The notes beneath the pieces were generated by a model. That model was given only the letters and a program-made list of their open reading frames with translations. It did no database searches and was not told where the DNA came from. DNA of 64,000 nucleotides from Spizellomyces punctatus DAOM BR117. Lineage: Eukaryota. Of the stretch, positions 22,248 to 35,560 are shown piece after piece. Positions within the stretch are counted from its first letter, which is position 1; the number at the start of each line of letters is the position of its first letter. Made by a program: the position numbers and the translations under genes. The stretch is from assembly GCA_000182565.2 (NCBI GenBank), contig KQ257458.1; one strand, written 5' to 3'.

Positions 22248-24671
22248 ATGTCCACCCAGCCTGAAGACACCAAAGAGCATCTCGAGCCCGTCGTGGGTAC
22301 GGGAGAGAAGGATGGCTTTGAGCCATCCCGCGTTTACGGAGACTACGTTGAGCTCCCAAGTGGATTGCCCGATGAAGGAACTGCCTTGACCGCTCGTGCT
22401 ATCATCATTGGTACTATTCTGGGATCCGTCGTTGCGGCTTCCAACATTTACCTTGGACTGAAGACTGGTAAGGTTTCACATCTGTCTCTATTATTCGGTT
22501 GCAAGCAACTTACTAAAACAATGAACTAGGATTTACCTTTGGTGCCTCTCTTTTCGGTGCCATCTTTGGTTTCGCTATTATGAAGCCCCTCTCCGTGATT
22601 GTGCCCAAGGCCTTTGGTGGAGGTTATTTCGGTCCTAAAGAGAATTGTACCGTCCAAACCGCGGCTACTGCCGCTGGTGGGCTTGGGACTCTTTTCGTAG
22701 CAGCTGTGCCTGCCATGTATCGCCTTGGTTTGTTGAGCAAGGAACCCAAAGATGACATTGGCAAAATCCTTGCCTTGACATTCATTACCGCCTACTATGG
22801 TCTTTTCTTTGGTACGTGGGTCCCAGTATTTCTCTACATCTCTCGACAGCCACCTTACCATTATTTACACAGCTGTTCCGCTTCGCAAGTATTTCATCAT
22901 CAAGCAGAAACTCGTGTTCCCAACTCCATTTGCTTCTGCCAACACGATCGCCTCCCTCCACGCAGTCGGCGGTGAGGCTGAGGGTGTGTACAAGGCTAAA
23001 ATCATGGCGGGTTCCATGCTATTTGCTATCTGTTGGAACGTCTTTGGATACTTCCTCCCGGGTATCAGAAGTTGGCACGTCTTCAGTGAGTAGTCTTACT
23101 TCATTCAAAGCATCTCAATATGCATCAGACTCATCGTTGTAAATCCAGCCTGGTTCCACCAAGCCGGATGTGCCAAATGTTTCGAGGTTGAGCAATGGTC
23201 TTGGTACATTGGTAAGATTGCTCAAAGTCGTTGGGTGCTAGTCAACGTCAGTCAACTCACGCTTTCTTGACCTTAGAATGGACTCCTGCTTTCATCGGCG
23301 CTGGTATGCTTTCAGGCCTTCACGTTTCCTGCTCCATGTGGTTGGGATCATTCCTCGCTTGGGGTGTCATTGGACCGGTTCTCTTCCACACCGGCAAGGC
23401 AATCGAGCCCTTCCTCTCCCTCAACAAACTTGCAGATCCCGCCAACCACCCCACTCCCCGTTACTGGCTTTTGTGGCCTGGTATCATGCTCATGATCTGC
23501 GCTTCCTTTGCCGAGTTGTTCTACAACTGGAGAAGTATCTACAACGGCATCAAAGGCGGTTTTAATGAGTTCATCGGCAAAATTAGGGGCGCTCGCGGAA
23601 ACCGTGCTGACTTATCTTTGACCAACGTGGAGGACGAGGACCCCGCCCCGCCCCACGAACAAGTGCCCGTACTCGTTTGGTGCGGAGGATTGGCCTTGTC
23701 ATCCGTTGTTACTATCACTGTTTTGGCGGCTGTTTTCAAAGTCAACGTTGGCGAGGGTATCCTTTCGATCATCTTGGCATTCATCTTTGGTTTCATTGGA
23801 ATTCAAGCCAGTGGTCAAACCGACATCAACCCCGTTGGGTATGTGTGTCGCAAGCTGTTCAGGAGATATTTGTGCCGTACTTACGCTATCTTTACCGTGA
23901 TATTACAGTGCCATTGCAAAGACGTCCCAGTTTGTGTTCGGTGGTATCTCTCGCGGAAAGGGCATGACCGGACCCGACACTCTCCCACAGGCTCAACTCA
24001 ACAACTTGCTTGCTGGTGCCGTGGCAGGTGGTGCGGCTTCCCAAGCTGTCGATATGGTCGGTGACTTGAAGACTGGTCACCTTCTCCGTGCGTCTCCAAG
24101 GACCCAGTTTATCGCGCAAATCTTTGGCACATTCGCTGCGGTTTTCATCGGTGTCGGGCTGTACATTTTGTATTCTAGCGCCTACCCGTGTATCAACGAC
24201 CCAGAGATTGAAAAGTGCAGCTTTCAACTTCCCTCCGTCACCGCCTGGGAGAAAACCGCCGTCGCCCTCACTTCCCCCAAACCCTCAATTCCAACATCCT
24301 CCGGTATTACCGCCATTGTCATGGGTATTGTCGCCATCTTCTCGGTGATTCTCCGTCACAAGCTCCCCTCAAAGTACGCCTGGATGGTTCCCAACTTTTC
24401 CGCCATTGGTATCTCCTGGGTTTTGCAGACGACCGTGTACTCTACTGCCATGGTGATTGGTGCTCTCGTGATGACTGTTTGGCAGAAGCGTAACCCTGCT
24501 TCCTGGATGCTCTGGGGTTTCGCCCTCTCATCAGGTTTCATCGCTGGTGAAGGTCTTGGTGGTCTCATCAATGCCATCTTCCAGATGTCTGGTCTTGAGG
24601 GAGAGAAGGTCGGATTGGCTGTTGGTTGTCCTCTTGACGAGTTCAACGGTACACCCGCGTACTGCGGTTAG
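22248..24671 (+). CDS. OPT-superfamily (YSL-type) oligopeptide / metal-chelate transporter, multi-exon
   Basis: LTARAIIIG, NIYLGLKTG, FGPKENCTVQTAATAAG, PLRKYFIIKQKLVFPT, SGQTDINP, DMVGDLKTGHLLRASP, SGFIAGEG. Confidence 0.93.
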
Positions 24672-25119
24672 GAGGCGTACCGATAGGCATTCTTGGCGAG
24701 TGTTTAGTTGTACTTCTATGTTGACTAGCATCTCAGTAGTGTAGAGATTGCTAGACGTCCATCTTTCTTGTAGATTGACCTCTTCTTGAAAAAAGAAATA
24801 CACTAATATGTCGAGGTTTTTCGATACCACATCCCATCGATACAAAAAACCCCGTGCTTACTAAGCCACTCTAAGCCCTCCGATAAAATTAAAAACCCAA
24901 AATGGAAGGTCTCGTGTCACCTGATGATCGGAACTTTCCCCTTGCGGTACCACCGAAAGTTGCCCCAAAGCGCCAGACCTTTTTCAATGACCCTTCCTTC
25001 AATAGAAACCCTCAGGGCAAGCAACAAAGGAAACTGCGTGCAGAAACCGAGACTGCACCCACGGCAGCACCGATAGAAGGGCTTGACTCGCTGTATATTC
25101 CACAGCGGCTGGATTCCGC

Positions 25120-25995
25120 ATGTCGACAACAGTCTATCTCATTCGCCATGGCGAGCGAATAGATCACATTGACCCTTCCTGGAGCTGCACAGCTTCGCAG
25201 CCATACGATCCGCCTCTATCTCCCGGCGGCATTAGACAAGCCTGTCGAACAGGCTCTCACCTTTCGACGCGGCTCGTAACCTCTCCGATTCGATACATAT
25301 TTTCTTCGCCTTTTAAACGATGTATCGAGACGGCAGAAGAAATCCTGCATGCTCTTACTAGCCACGCGAATCGAGAATGCAGGATCTCCACCGTCCCATA
25401 TGTACCAGCCCCTTCCTCCTCCTTCCTTTCCAAGCAAAGCCCGCAAAGTCCGGCGCCCCGTTCTCTCTCCGCCCCCATCTTCAACATTGACAATCGATTG
25501 TCTGAATGGATGTCGCCGTCCTACTTTTCCCATCCACCTTATGTTTCGGCACATTCCTCACCTTACGCTGCACCATCTTACCCAGAGTCTTACACCCAAA
25601 TGGCATCGCGCTTCACAGACGCTTTCAATGAAATTGTCGATTGTGCGTTCGGGCAGATGCATGATGAGAATGGATCGATTGTCATTGTGACGCATGGAGT
25701 CGGCATCAAAGCAATTCTTGAAAGCATCTGCGGCCATGATGTGGAACATGTGGGTTGTGCATCGATAACAAAATTGTCAAAAACTGCATACTCTGGTTGG
25801 AAGGTGGGTATGGTGTGCGATGAATCTCATTTGGGAAGGAACTCTTGGGATCGTCGTGAAGGCCATGTGTCGGGACCATCATCACAGGCATCAAGGAGTA
25901 CCAACGTATGGAGGAATGATCTCACTTCCACGGCAACATCAACGTCGTGGGGACATGGAGGCTTTGCGACGAGAACGTTGGCACTGTTAGGATGA
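25120..25995 (+). CDS. Histidine phosphatase / phosphoglycerate mutase family protein
   Basis: VYLIRHGER, DPPLS..G..Q, IFSSPFKRCIETA, LSEW, IVIVTHG. Confidence 0.88.
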   Translation: MSTTVYLIRHGERIDHIDPSWSCTASQPYDPPLSPGGIRQACRTGSHLSTRLVTSPIRYIFSSPFKRCIETAEEILHALTSHANRECRISTVPYVPAPSSSFLSKQSPQSPAPRSLSAPIFNIDNRLSEWMSPSYFSHPPYVSAHSSPYAAPSYPESYTQMASRFTDAFNEIVDCAFGQMHDENGSIVIVTHGVGIKAILESICGHDVEHVGCASITKLSKTAYSGWKVGMVCDESHLGRNSWDRREGHVSGPSSQASRSTNVWRNDLTSTATSTSWGHGGFATRTLALLG

Positions 25996-26966
25996 AGGTG
26001 GCGTATGTATGTATTGTTGGCATGAATAAAATACCATGCGTTGACGCACGGTAAAAGAGCAAAATGTAGTACGCGGTACCCCGCAGGTAGCCTATAGTAT
26101 GGTCGTAGAAGTAGCAGCCTGTGTAGTAACAGGCACTGAATTAATTGATGCATAGGTTGTACACAGAACCGTGACATTAAACTCTAATCGCAATCGGTGT
26201 AAGAGAGCCAAGTTTCACAATTTCCACAGGTTGGCAGTCGCCATTCCTGGTTTTAACCTACAGATTGGTTAGCTGTACTGCTGTGTTTGGACGGTGGCAA
26301 GCATTGGATCTGTGAGCACTTTGAACTGAGTATTTAAGCGAGCCCTACATCCTCTCAGTTCCTCCCGCGTTCAAAGCCATAAAAGAGAGGAAACATATCT
26401 GGATTTTATCTACAAACTGTGATGACCAAATGCAAAGAGTTGGAGCAGCTGCCCACGACCTCAACGGAGGATAATCTACAAAAGAAAAAAACAAATAAAC
26501 AAATGAGGATAGTTGTGGGGAATCGATAAGTTTAAAACTTAAAAAGTTGCGTGATCCACGTGATCTCGCAATCGACGCGCTTGCTTTTTGATCCGAGCTT
26601 CACCACAATAAAGGCGCGCCTTCCTCCACTGCCTTTTTTGGGTTTTTGTCCAGTGGATCTCCGTCATTGGTTTTTTTATTTTTTTTTTTAACTCCGATCG
26701 CGACATATTCCTGGCAACTTGCGCATTCCTCCAGATGTGTCGGCGTTGCAGTGAGCCGAGCAACCAAAGATGGTCAAAATAGCGGGAAAGAAAAAGAAAA
26801 ATCGGAAACTCATCACCCTTTGGTAATATCGGAGACGCAATGAGCGATCGGAGCTCACCAGGCCGGTTGGCTATAAAGAGGGGTTGAGATTTCAAAGAGA
26901 ACCTTGCTAGATCCCATCCTCATTTTCATCGAACGCCAAGTTCTTGTTTCGCCATTGTATTTTTAA

Positions 26967-28514
26967 ATGGGCAAGCAAGAAACTGCCTCGTCGTCAAGCA
27001 AGACCTTTGCGGTCGAAGAGGATCCGTACCGGATCGAAGCTATCAACGATGACGACCATGATCCCCGCAGGCGGCTTGGGCTTTGGTCAACCACATTTCT
27101 CATCTTCAACCGGATGATTGGAACGGGCATCTTTGCGACCCCTGCCTCAGTCCTCCTCTCTGCTGGCAGTGTTGGCATGGCCCTTATTTTTTGGGTTATT
27201 GGTACTCTCATCGCCGTTGCTGGTATGACCGTGTATCTCGAATATGGGACAGCGATACCAAAGTCCGGGGGCGAAAAGAATTATCTCGAGTTTGTGTATC
27301 GGCGGCCAAAGCTGCTTGCGACCTGCGTATATGCATGGCAGTCGGTGCTTTTGGGTTGGGCAGGCAGTAACAGTATCGTATTTGGTCAATACGTCCTTTT
27401 CGTTTTCAATGTTGAACCCGGCGATTGGAACTCGCGAGCGCTCGGTCTTCTTTGCGTAACATTTGCGTTTTTGATCCATGCTGTAGCGTACAAGTGGGGA
27501 GTGCGGGTACAGAATGCCCTCGGGGTATTCAAGATTATCGTTCTCCTCATTGTCGTTTTTTCTGGATTTGCGGCTCTCGGTGGACACCTGAAGATACCAA
27601 AGCCGGATAACTTTTCCAATGCCTTTGATGGCACAACCGACAATGCGTATAATTACGCCTCTGGCCTCTACAAGGTTATATGGTCTTTTATCGGATACAG
27701 CAACGCAAACTACGCGTTGGGCGAAGTCAAGCGTCCCATTCGCACGATCAAGATCGCGGCACCTCTCGCCATCGGGATTGTCTCTGCTTTGTACATGTTC
27801 GCCAACATTGCATACTTTGCTGGTGTACCGTTGGAACAATTTCGAAACTCTGGGGTGCTTATCGCAGGGCAGTTCTTCATCAACGTGTTTGGCGAAACAT
27901 TCGGTCGTCGGGTCCTTCCCGCCTTTGTCGCACTCTCTGCCCTTGGAAACGTGATGTCGGTCATCTTCTCTCAGGGCCGGATCAACCAAGAACTCGGCAA
28001 AGAGGGTGTCCTCCCATTCTCCCGCGTTTGGGCCTCCAACTGGCCCTTCAAAGCCCCTTTTGCCGGCCTAGGTCTTCACTGGGTCTTTTCTGTCATCATG
28101 ATGCTCGCCCCGCCGCCGGGTAGCGCATACAATTTCATAGTCGACGTTATCACCTACCCGCTCACTGTCGTCAATGTATTTATCGCCATTGGTCTTCTTT
28201 GGCTTCGATTTAACCGCGATCGCTTCCAGTGGAAATCTCCATTCAATGCGCCTCTTGTGTGTATCATCTTCTTCCTTGCGTGTAATGTTCTCCTCGTAAT
28301 ATTCCCGTTCTTGTCCCCACCGGGAGGAGCACCTGACATCGGATATGTGTATTGGTTACCCTCACTTGTAGGAATTTTAGTTTTGGTAGCTGGGGCTCTG
28401 TACTGGGCTGTTTGGTGGGTTCTGTTGCCAAAGCTTGGCGGTTACCAGTACGAAAGGGTGAAATCGGAATTGGCTGATGGTACGCCAATATTTGAATATA
28501 GAAAGATAAAATAG
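26967..28514 (+). CDS. MUP1: High-affinity methionine permease-like (LAT/APC family), intronless
   Basis: FNRMIGTGIFATP, YLEYGTAIPKSGGEKNYLEF, WSFIGYSNANY, QELGKEGVLPFS; ~12 TMs. Confidence 0.88.
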   Translation: MGKQETASSSSKTFAVEEDPYRIEAINDDDHDPRRRLGLWSTTFLIFNRMIGTGIFATPASVLLSAGSVGMALIFWVIGTLIAVAGMTVYLEYGTAIPKSGGEKNYLEFVYRRPKLLATCVYAWQSVLLGWAGSNSIVFGQYVLFVFNVEPGDWNSRALGLLCVTFAFLIHAVAYKWGVRVQNALGVFKIIVLLIVVFSGFAALGGHLKIPKPDNFSNAFDGTTDNAYNYASGLYKVIWSFIGYSNANYALGEVKRPIRTIKIAAPLAIGIVSALYMFANIAYFAGVPLEQFRNSGVLIAGQFFINVFGETFGRRVLPAFVALSALGNVMSVIFSQGRINQELGKEGVLPFSRVWASNWPFKAPFAGLGLHWVFSVIMMLAPPPGSAYNFIVDVITYPLTVVNVFIAIGLLWLRFNRDRFQWKSPFNAPLVCIIFFLACNVLLVIFPFLSPPGGAPDIGYVYWLPSLVGILVLVAGALYWAVWWVLLPKLGGYQYERVKSELADGTPIFEYRKIK

Positions 28515-28783
28515 TCTTGATAGCTGTGTATAAATCTGTAGCGAGACTGTATGTAAATTTCAACTTCTATGAACGATGCACGCTTATTCCGATCGCGAAA
28601 GCACACAGTTCAGCGCCCAGCGGCGTGCGCAGAGGAAGACTTGCTCGTGATGTTTAATATATATTACGGAACGATACCTAGATTGTCGCTTAGATTGGCA
28701 AACGAAGCTAGCTAACTTATCCAGTCAAGTTTGGCTCTTAACAAGCCCGACAAAGTGACAGTAAAATACATGTACGTTTCATA

Positions 28784-31700
28784 CTATGGTTCCGGGGCCG
28801 GCCTCTCCGAGGAATCCGCGGACCAGCTCTCGTTTCTCCGTCTGCTACTTGTCCGGCCACTGAAAACCCTTCTGAAAAGTCCTTCTGGTTCTGGTTGAGG
28901 CATGAGCATCCGCGATAAGTCTCTAATTTCTTTGCTCAGATTTTGAAGATCTCGAGAGAAATTGGCTGCATTCTCATTGGCGCGTGCCCGTTCTTGCTCT
29001 AGGGTTTGTTCAAGGCGTCTGGTACGTTCGCGCTGATTTCGGGTTTCTGATCGTGTTATACGCTCCAAAGTCTTGAGTGCCTCTTTCATTCCTTGCACTT
29101 GTTCTGCCAATTCTTTGATGGAGTTTGCGTCGTGTTGCGGCATTGGTGGTGGTGACGCGGGCTTGTCCACAGGGGGTTTTACAGGGTCGGCAACATTAGC
29201 GGCAGGTCTTCGCCCCTCGACGCTCGCCCTCGAAGCTGCTTCTGCTCCTTCGGTCAGTCGGGATTGCCTGCGATTTCGGACGTCAACAAAAGATAGCCCG
29301 GTGTCATCAGCAGGTCCAGCCTCGTCTTGTTCTTCCACTTCATCCAAGAGTCTCATGTCCAGACCAAAACGCACAGATTCGAGAGGATTTGGATCAACAG
29401 TTTGCCCTTCCTCGTCTGGATTTGGCATTGGTGGCAGGGACGAGAGTGACCGACCTACCAGAGATGGGACCGACGGAATCCGCATGTCCTTACCGGATGA
29501 GCCAAAGTGAAAGATTTTCAAAGCTTTATTCCATGGACTATCGTTCGTCTGCATATGATCGAATATAGGTGCTTCGCGAGGCATTCTGCCGGCCAGGCGA
29601 GGATCAGTCTCCTTATCGCCTTCCTTCCACCAATGGGTTTTCGCCACCTGCTCTTCCGGACATGTGTACAAAACTACACCACGTTCAAGCATGCTAAAGA
29701 ACTCTGGCGTATCCACTAAAACGCTGTCTCTGTCCGGGTGCTCTGATGGATGATCTACAGCTGTTGCCAAAATTCGTGGCGGCTTATGCGACCCAAAGTC
29801 GTCTGGCGTCACTTTACGTGAGGATTTTGGTTTTTGCCACCATCTCATTCTCGACCAGATAGAGTTGTTGGAGAGCTTGGGATTATCATCATATTTAGGT
29901 TCAGAGTCGGGGCGTGATGATGGTTGGCGATGGCGGAAATGTGTTTTCACTTGGTATCGCATGGGCCATGGCCAGTAGAGCTCCAATTCCACCATTAGCT
30001 GAGAGATTTCAACCAGCCATGCGCTGGTGGTATTGACAGTGACGTTGGCGACATTTACTGTCATCAAACCAATGATGAGGTTGACAAGGAAGATAATGAA
30101 GATGACGTGGAATAATAGACGCAGTACGAACACCTCCGATTCTTGCGAGTAGTCAAGTACACTAAAATAGGAGCACTTAGTTATCCCGCATTTTGGGGGT
30201 TGTATTAATCATTGTACAAACCTATAGTCTCCGGCTGTCATCGTCAAAACGCTCTGCATAGCTTGCGTCATCGATTGAAAATGTAGATCGGCCGTGGCGG
30301 GCGCTTGGAGGGCGAGGGGGTATTGAATAAAATAAAAACCTCCAGCAAAGCTAGACGCTAGCACAGTGAACGGAACCAGTACTGGGAAAATGTTTGCTGT
30401 CGCAGAAACCCATATCCGTATGATGGGTCCAATTGACGGTATGATGCGTAGCTGCATCAAAAGGCGGGTACATGCCAGCACCAAGGTGAAGCCCATTAAC
30501 AGTGGTGGAACATATTTGTGCATTAGCGCCCCTCGAATGGCACAGTAAAGGACAGATATGTGGACGACGGTATCCACCAAGTTACTCATAGAGCGGATAT
30601 AGTCTCCGGGGGCGTCCATGAATTCGCGAAGCTCTTGAATGATAAAAAGCACACAGAGGAAGAGTGCGATGCAGGTGATCGGCAAAAGTCCTTTGGCCGT
30701 ACCCTCTGACGAGTGACCAAATTCTTCTTGAACCGTCAAGGTAAACATGGCCCAGATCGAGGCAATGAAAGACAAGGACATGATGAAATGCAATGCAAAA
30801 CGATACCAAAAGCCCCCGGCTATCCAATGATATTCCATCAGCGCTTGCATAACCGGCTGCAGTATGATTTCTTTATCCCCGGTTCCAAGAAGTCGGATGA
30901 AAGGACTTGGCTGACGGAAGAATTTCCCTCCTACGGAATCGTGATAGGCTTCTTCCGTCAGAAGCGCCTCGGGTGCCATACATATAACGCATTCAGCTTC
31001 GGGAGTGCCCGTCCCTATGGTGGCCCCCCGTAATTGTGCGACAATATTCAACCGAGTCCATATCTGCATGAACGGATTTATATTATCTGTTCTTCGTGTC
31101 ACTTCTGCTAGAGTTGCTGTCCCCAATCGCGTTCCGCGAACTGGTGCAGCTCGCACTTCAGCCTCTCGGGTCTCACCTACTGGGACGCAGCTCGGGATCG
31201 GTATGCTAGATAGCTCCTGGAGGAACCAGCATGCTTCAGCTGGGAATCTCTGAGCAACTGTCGGTAACAAGGTGAGGGCCCGAGATTTCCGAAAGACCAG
31301 AGGTAATTGCCCGGATGGTGGCTCCAATTTTTCATCGGGAATCAACAAGCTATCCAGTAATATGTGGACAAGAGACTGGTGGCCAAGCTCGATTGCTTGA
31401 CGTAAAGTAGGTGTAATGTCTGGTGGAATCCAGTGACTCTCGATCAATGTCCAGACAATGGCGGTCAAGTTCAGCTCACAGACAAGATGGAATAGATCTT
31501 GCACAAACTGATTGTGTCTAGCAGTAGAAACTCGTCCAGTCAAAAGCGGTGCACAAGGATCTTCATAGAACTCGATCAACTCCTTAACCGTCCTCGGCTT
31601 CGCATATCCGCCGGCAGCTGCAAGAACCAAGAACATGTAGACGCAGGGTGCAACAATATCTGGAAAGTCGTTCTCAAGTTGGTTTCCGCGACCTTCTTCC

Positions 31701-32917
31701 ATGTGACGACGGTCGACCTCCTTCCGGTCCATCGTTGTCTGACATTTATCCATGATGAACAGCTCCAACACCGCCAGTAAATGATCTGTACCCCTAGCAC
31801 AAATCGGTATTAACGCTGTAATAACACCTTCAGGTGCGACAAGGTGTCCCAAATTATCCAAGATCACCCGACAGCAGTTGGCACGCTGCAAGTGAGCGCA
31901 ATACTCTAATGCTGAGTTTGCAGCGTCCTGCGAGACAAATGCACTGTAATCTGCCAGTAAGGTTTCCAAAATGGCGGAACCGATTGCGTCGGGCTGCAAT
32001 ACCGCAAGTACCATAAATCTTGGTATGATATCGCGAGTGATGGCTTCCTCCGACACCCGCTTGAAAATAAGCGGACATACCAGTTCCATGAGTTTGGGAG
32101 CACTAGCATATTGTGTTATATACTGTAAAATTGTCTCAAGCTCATTCCCATGCAGCTTGCGAAGGCCCTGCTCTACCTCCCTTCGAAAGTACTCCTCGGC
32201 CCCTTCTCTCATCGTCACCAATTCCATAACACCTTCTGGATCCGTCGGCTGAGGAAGCATTCCCGAACGTCCCTCGATGTCGATCGAAAAGCGTTGCCAC
32301 ACTTCCGCGTCCGCGAACTCATCTTCTCGGCCTTCATTTGCGGCGGCATTTGCAGCTAAGGCCCAATGGAGTCCATCGAGGTGCGACCCAAGAGGTTCCG
32401 CTGGTCGATCCCGATACACAGGTTCCCGCAAATCTTTGACAATTCTGTGAAATCGCGCGACGCTCCATCTACCTGCGGCGAAAGCGGCCTCTATAATATT
32501 TTGGGTATGCTTCCCATGTATCAGTCCTGAGATGCTTTTGTCCTCCTTTTTCGGGGGATTTGATGCTGTCGCAGGAGAGTCACTCTCTCCGTTTGTTAAC
32601 ACCTCGATGAATTCTTGAACAAGCTTTCGGCGCGCTGCGTTGCAAAAGAGTGCTTCGGCCAGTTCTGCTCGACTCGACATTGACCCTTTTGACGAATGTA
32701 CAGGAGTCATCCAGGATGCGCGACGACTTCCTGTACGAGGACTCATGCTCAAGGGACTCAAGGTGCCAGGTATGTATTGTCGAGATCCAAAGTTGGCAGC
32801 GTTCGCACGGACCATTTCTTCGAGCATCTCTTGTGAATCCATCACGATCCGCACCGGAGGTGGGCCGATATCGCTGCTAGAGCCTCTCCATGTCGAGGAT
32901 TTGTTTGCGCGCATCAT
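28784..32917 (-). CDS. TRP-like cation channel with degenerate ankyrin-like repeats and a C-terminal coiled coil (2 exons)
   Basis: Ankyrin-like LRQAIELGHQSLVHILL; pre-S1 QPVMQALMEYHW; S1-S6 with QELREF...NLVD, LRIIPSIGP, pore FQSMTQAMQSVLTMTAGDY, S6 FLVNLIIGLM; intron ~30162-30222. Confidence 0.75.
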
Positions 32918-33690
32918 TGTATGATTGGCTCAGTTACCAGAGTGGTCCACAGCCGCCAGAGGAAGCTGGACAAAGATCTGGCTAACAGAATCCAAAGTAG
33001 TTAATATTCCAGCTCTAAACAGCGCTAGCAATCATAAGATGAACTGGGAAGATAGCCGAGAAGAACTGATGTCTAAAGCTTGAATCTGTACAGATACTTC
33101 CCGGACCATACCAGTAAACATCGAAAGCTCCGATTCCCGCGCATGAGGGTACAATAGGGATAGAATCATGCTTGCGAAATTTGGTTAATAAGCAATTTCC
33201 TTGCATGGTGTTCGTTACAGAATTGTGATATTTTGCATAAGATGAAGGATAATATATCCAACGAATTACGTATAACTACAAAGGCGATCCATATAGCTGG
33301 CGTTAAAAAAAGAAAAAGAAAGATATAAAAGAGCATCCCAAAGAGAGACAGAAAATAACATCAAAGGCTGAATTAAGAGTTCTAAACTAAATCTTTCAAA
33401 TTCACTGCGTTACGCTCAAACCGGTTGCCTCTGCCGATGATACTAAGGTTTGCTAAGATAAAAAGTGCTTGGAAGCGTTGGCAACTGCATCAGTAAATCC
33501 ATATTTTCTATTAGAAGCATCAAAAGAATGTTGCCTACAAACCTATATCGAACATCGTTGATAATTGATAATCACGGGACACGTCAACAAACTTGAGGCG
33601 CCAAGTCCACATAGCCCTGGCACAAGACGTTCATTCACTTCTCGCTCCTTGACACTACCAGATAATCGACCCGTTGCTTCTTCCTTCACT

Positions 33691-35560
33691 ATGGCCACTC
33701 CCGGCGACAAGAAGCAGCTTCCCCCACCCATGCCTTATGAGTCGCTCCCAGACTACCACAATGCCACAAGCTCTTCCGCACATTTTCCCTATGACCGTGC
33801 ACCACAGGAAGGGGATGCACTGATAGGTTCAGACGGCCACTCAGAGAAATTTAATCGAAGCCCCAAATACAAAGATGTCTGGGCGACAGTTTTGTTCGTT
33901 GTCCACCTTGTTGTTTTGGTTTTGTTGGCTGTGGCAGGCTTCCGTGTGGACCTTCCTCCGGCGTCCGCAAGGGCGGTACAGGGCGCCGATCCTTCTGTTC
34001 CAGTCGGGGACAACCTGCCATTATCGACGCTTTATGGCCTGATTGCAGTAATGATTTTTGGAGGTTTGGGCTTGACGGTTGCCTACTTTATGGCCTTGGA
34101 AAGGTAGAGGGTTATTGCAGTTGACGATTGATGATGAATTATTGCTGACATGGTTCTTTGACAAGATATGCTCGACACATGATCCAAACCTCGTTCTTTC
34201 TCAATACCGCAATTTCAGCTGTCATCGGCGTATTTAATCTTGCGTCCGGTGCTTTCATTGCCGCGCTCTTCGCCTTACTCTATGCAGGCATTCACATCTT
34301 CATGTACTTTGCTTACCGGTCTCGCATGGATTTCGCGCGCGTGATTTTGGAGAATGTGACCACAGTCACAAAGATGTATCCCGGCACAGTGATAACGGGT
34401 ATTCTGGGTGTTGCTGGACAGACTGTTTGGAGCATAGGATGGATTATTGCAGCTATCGGCGGTGCCAGGGTGATTCAGACGGTGGAGTCTGACGGCGTAA
34501 AGGTCAGTAAACTTTTATACAGACGTTCTTGATTGGTATATTCAGGCTAACATATTGCTGGCTACTATACAGTATGCTGTTGCCGTTTATCTAAGCTTTT
34601 CCTTGTACTGGACGTCCCAAATCATTAAGAACGTGGTGCATGTCACTGTCTCTGGAGGTGAGTGGCTGCGGTCCGCCGCATATCGGTTGGAATTGCGCCG
34701 GCTGACCTGACCTCTCCAATATAGTGTTTGCAACGTTTTACTTTACCGGCATCTCCACCGCGGATGGTGCCGTCGTTGTCCCAGTCCGCAATCCGACCCT
34801 TAAAAGTGCCAAACGTGCCTTGACAACAAGTTTCGGTCCAATTGCGTTTGGATCTCTTATTATTGCCCTAATTCAAACCCTCCGTGGCGTACTCCAAACC
34901 ATTCGTCGGAATGCCCGGGAGGAGAATAACAAGTAAGCTGGTCTCTTTCAATAACATATCGCAAGCATGTGTTCACTGATGTTGGATAGTATTATGGTTC
35001 TTGCTGCCACATGCGCCGAGTGTATTCTGTCCCTCCTAGAAGGCCTCGTCGCATTTATTAACGTTTACGCCTACACTCAAGTGGCCATCTACGGCAAATC
35101 TTATCTCGAGGCTGCTCGCGATACGTGGGCCCTTATCCGTGCCCGAGGCATTGATCTCATCATCAACGATGATCTGACATCGGGCGTACTTACAATGGGC
35201 GCGCTTCTTATTGGCTTGGCGAACGCTTTTGTGGCTTACGTTTTCTTGTACTTGTCATCGGTACCAAAGACGAAAGAATTGGAGGTGATCGCGGCGATTA
35301 TTGCCTTTGTAGTGGCGTTTGCGCAGTTTTGGGTCTTGGCAGAGACGATTCGGAGTGGAGTGGCAACTACCTTTGTGTGCCTGTGAGTACTTGCTACTTT
35401 TTTTCCCATTTTGGATAATGTTTTGGGTATAGCTGCTGATTTGGTGTATTCCCTTCGATGCAGGGCTGAAGATCCGATCGCATTGGCTCGTACGAAGCCG
35501 GATTTGTATGAAAAGATCCGCGCCGCTTACCCTACCAGTGGTGTTGCAAGCGATGTCTAG
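33691..35560 (+). CDS. PNS1: Choline transporter-like (CTL/SLC44) protein, multi-exon
   Basis: PKYKDVWATVLF, SLYWTSQIIKNVVHVT, RALTTSFGPIAFGSLIIA, NVYAYTQVAIYGKSY..AA.DTW, LIINDDL, FVC.AEDP. Confidence 0.9.
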
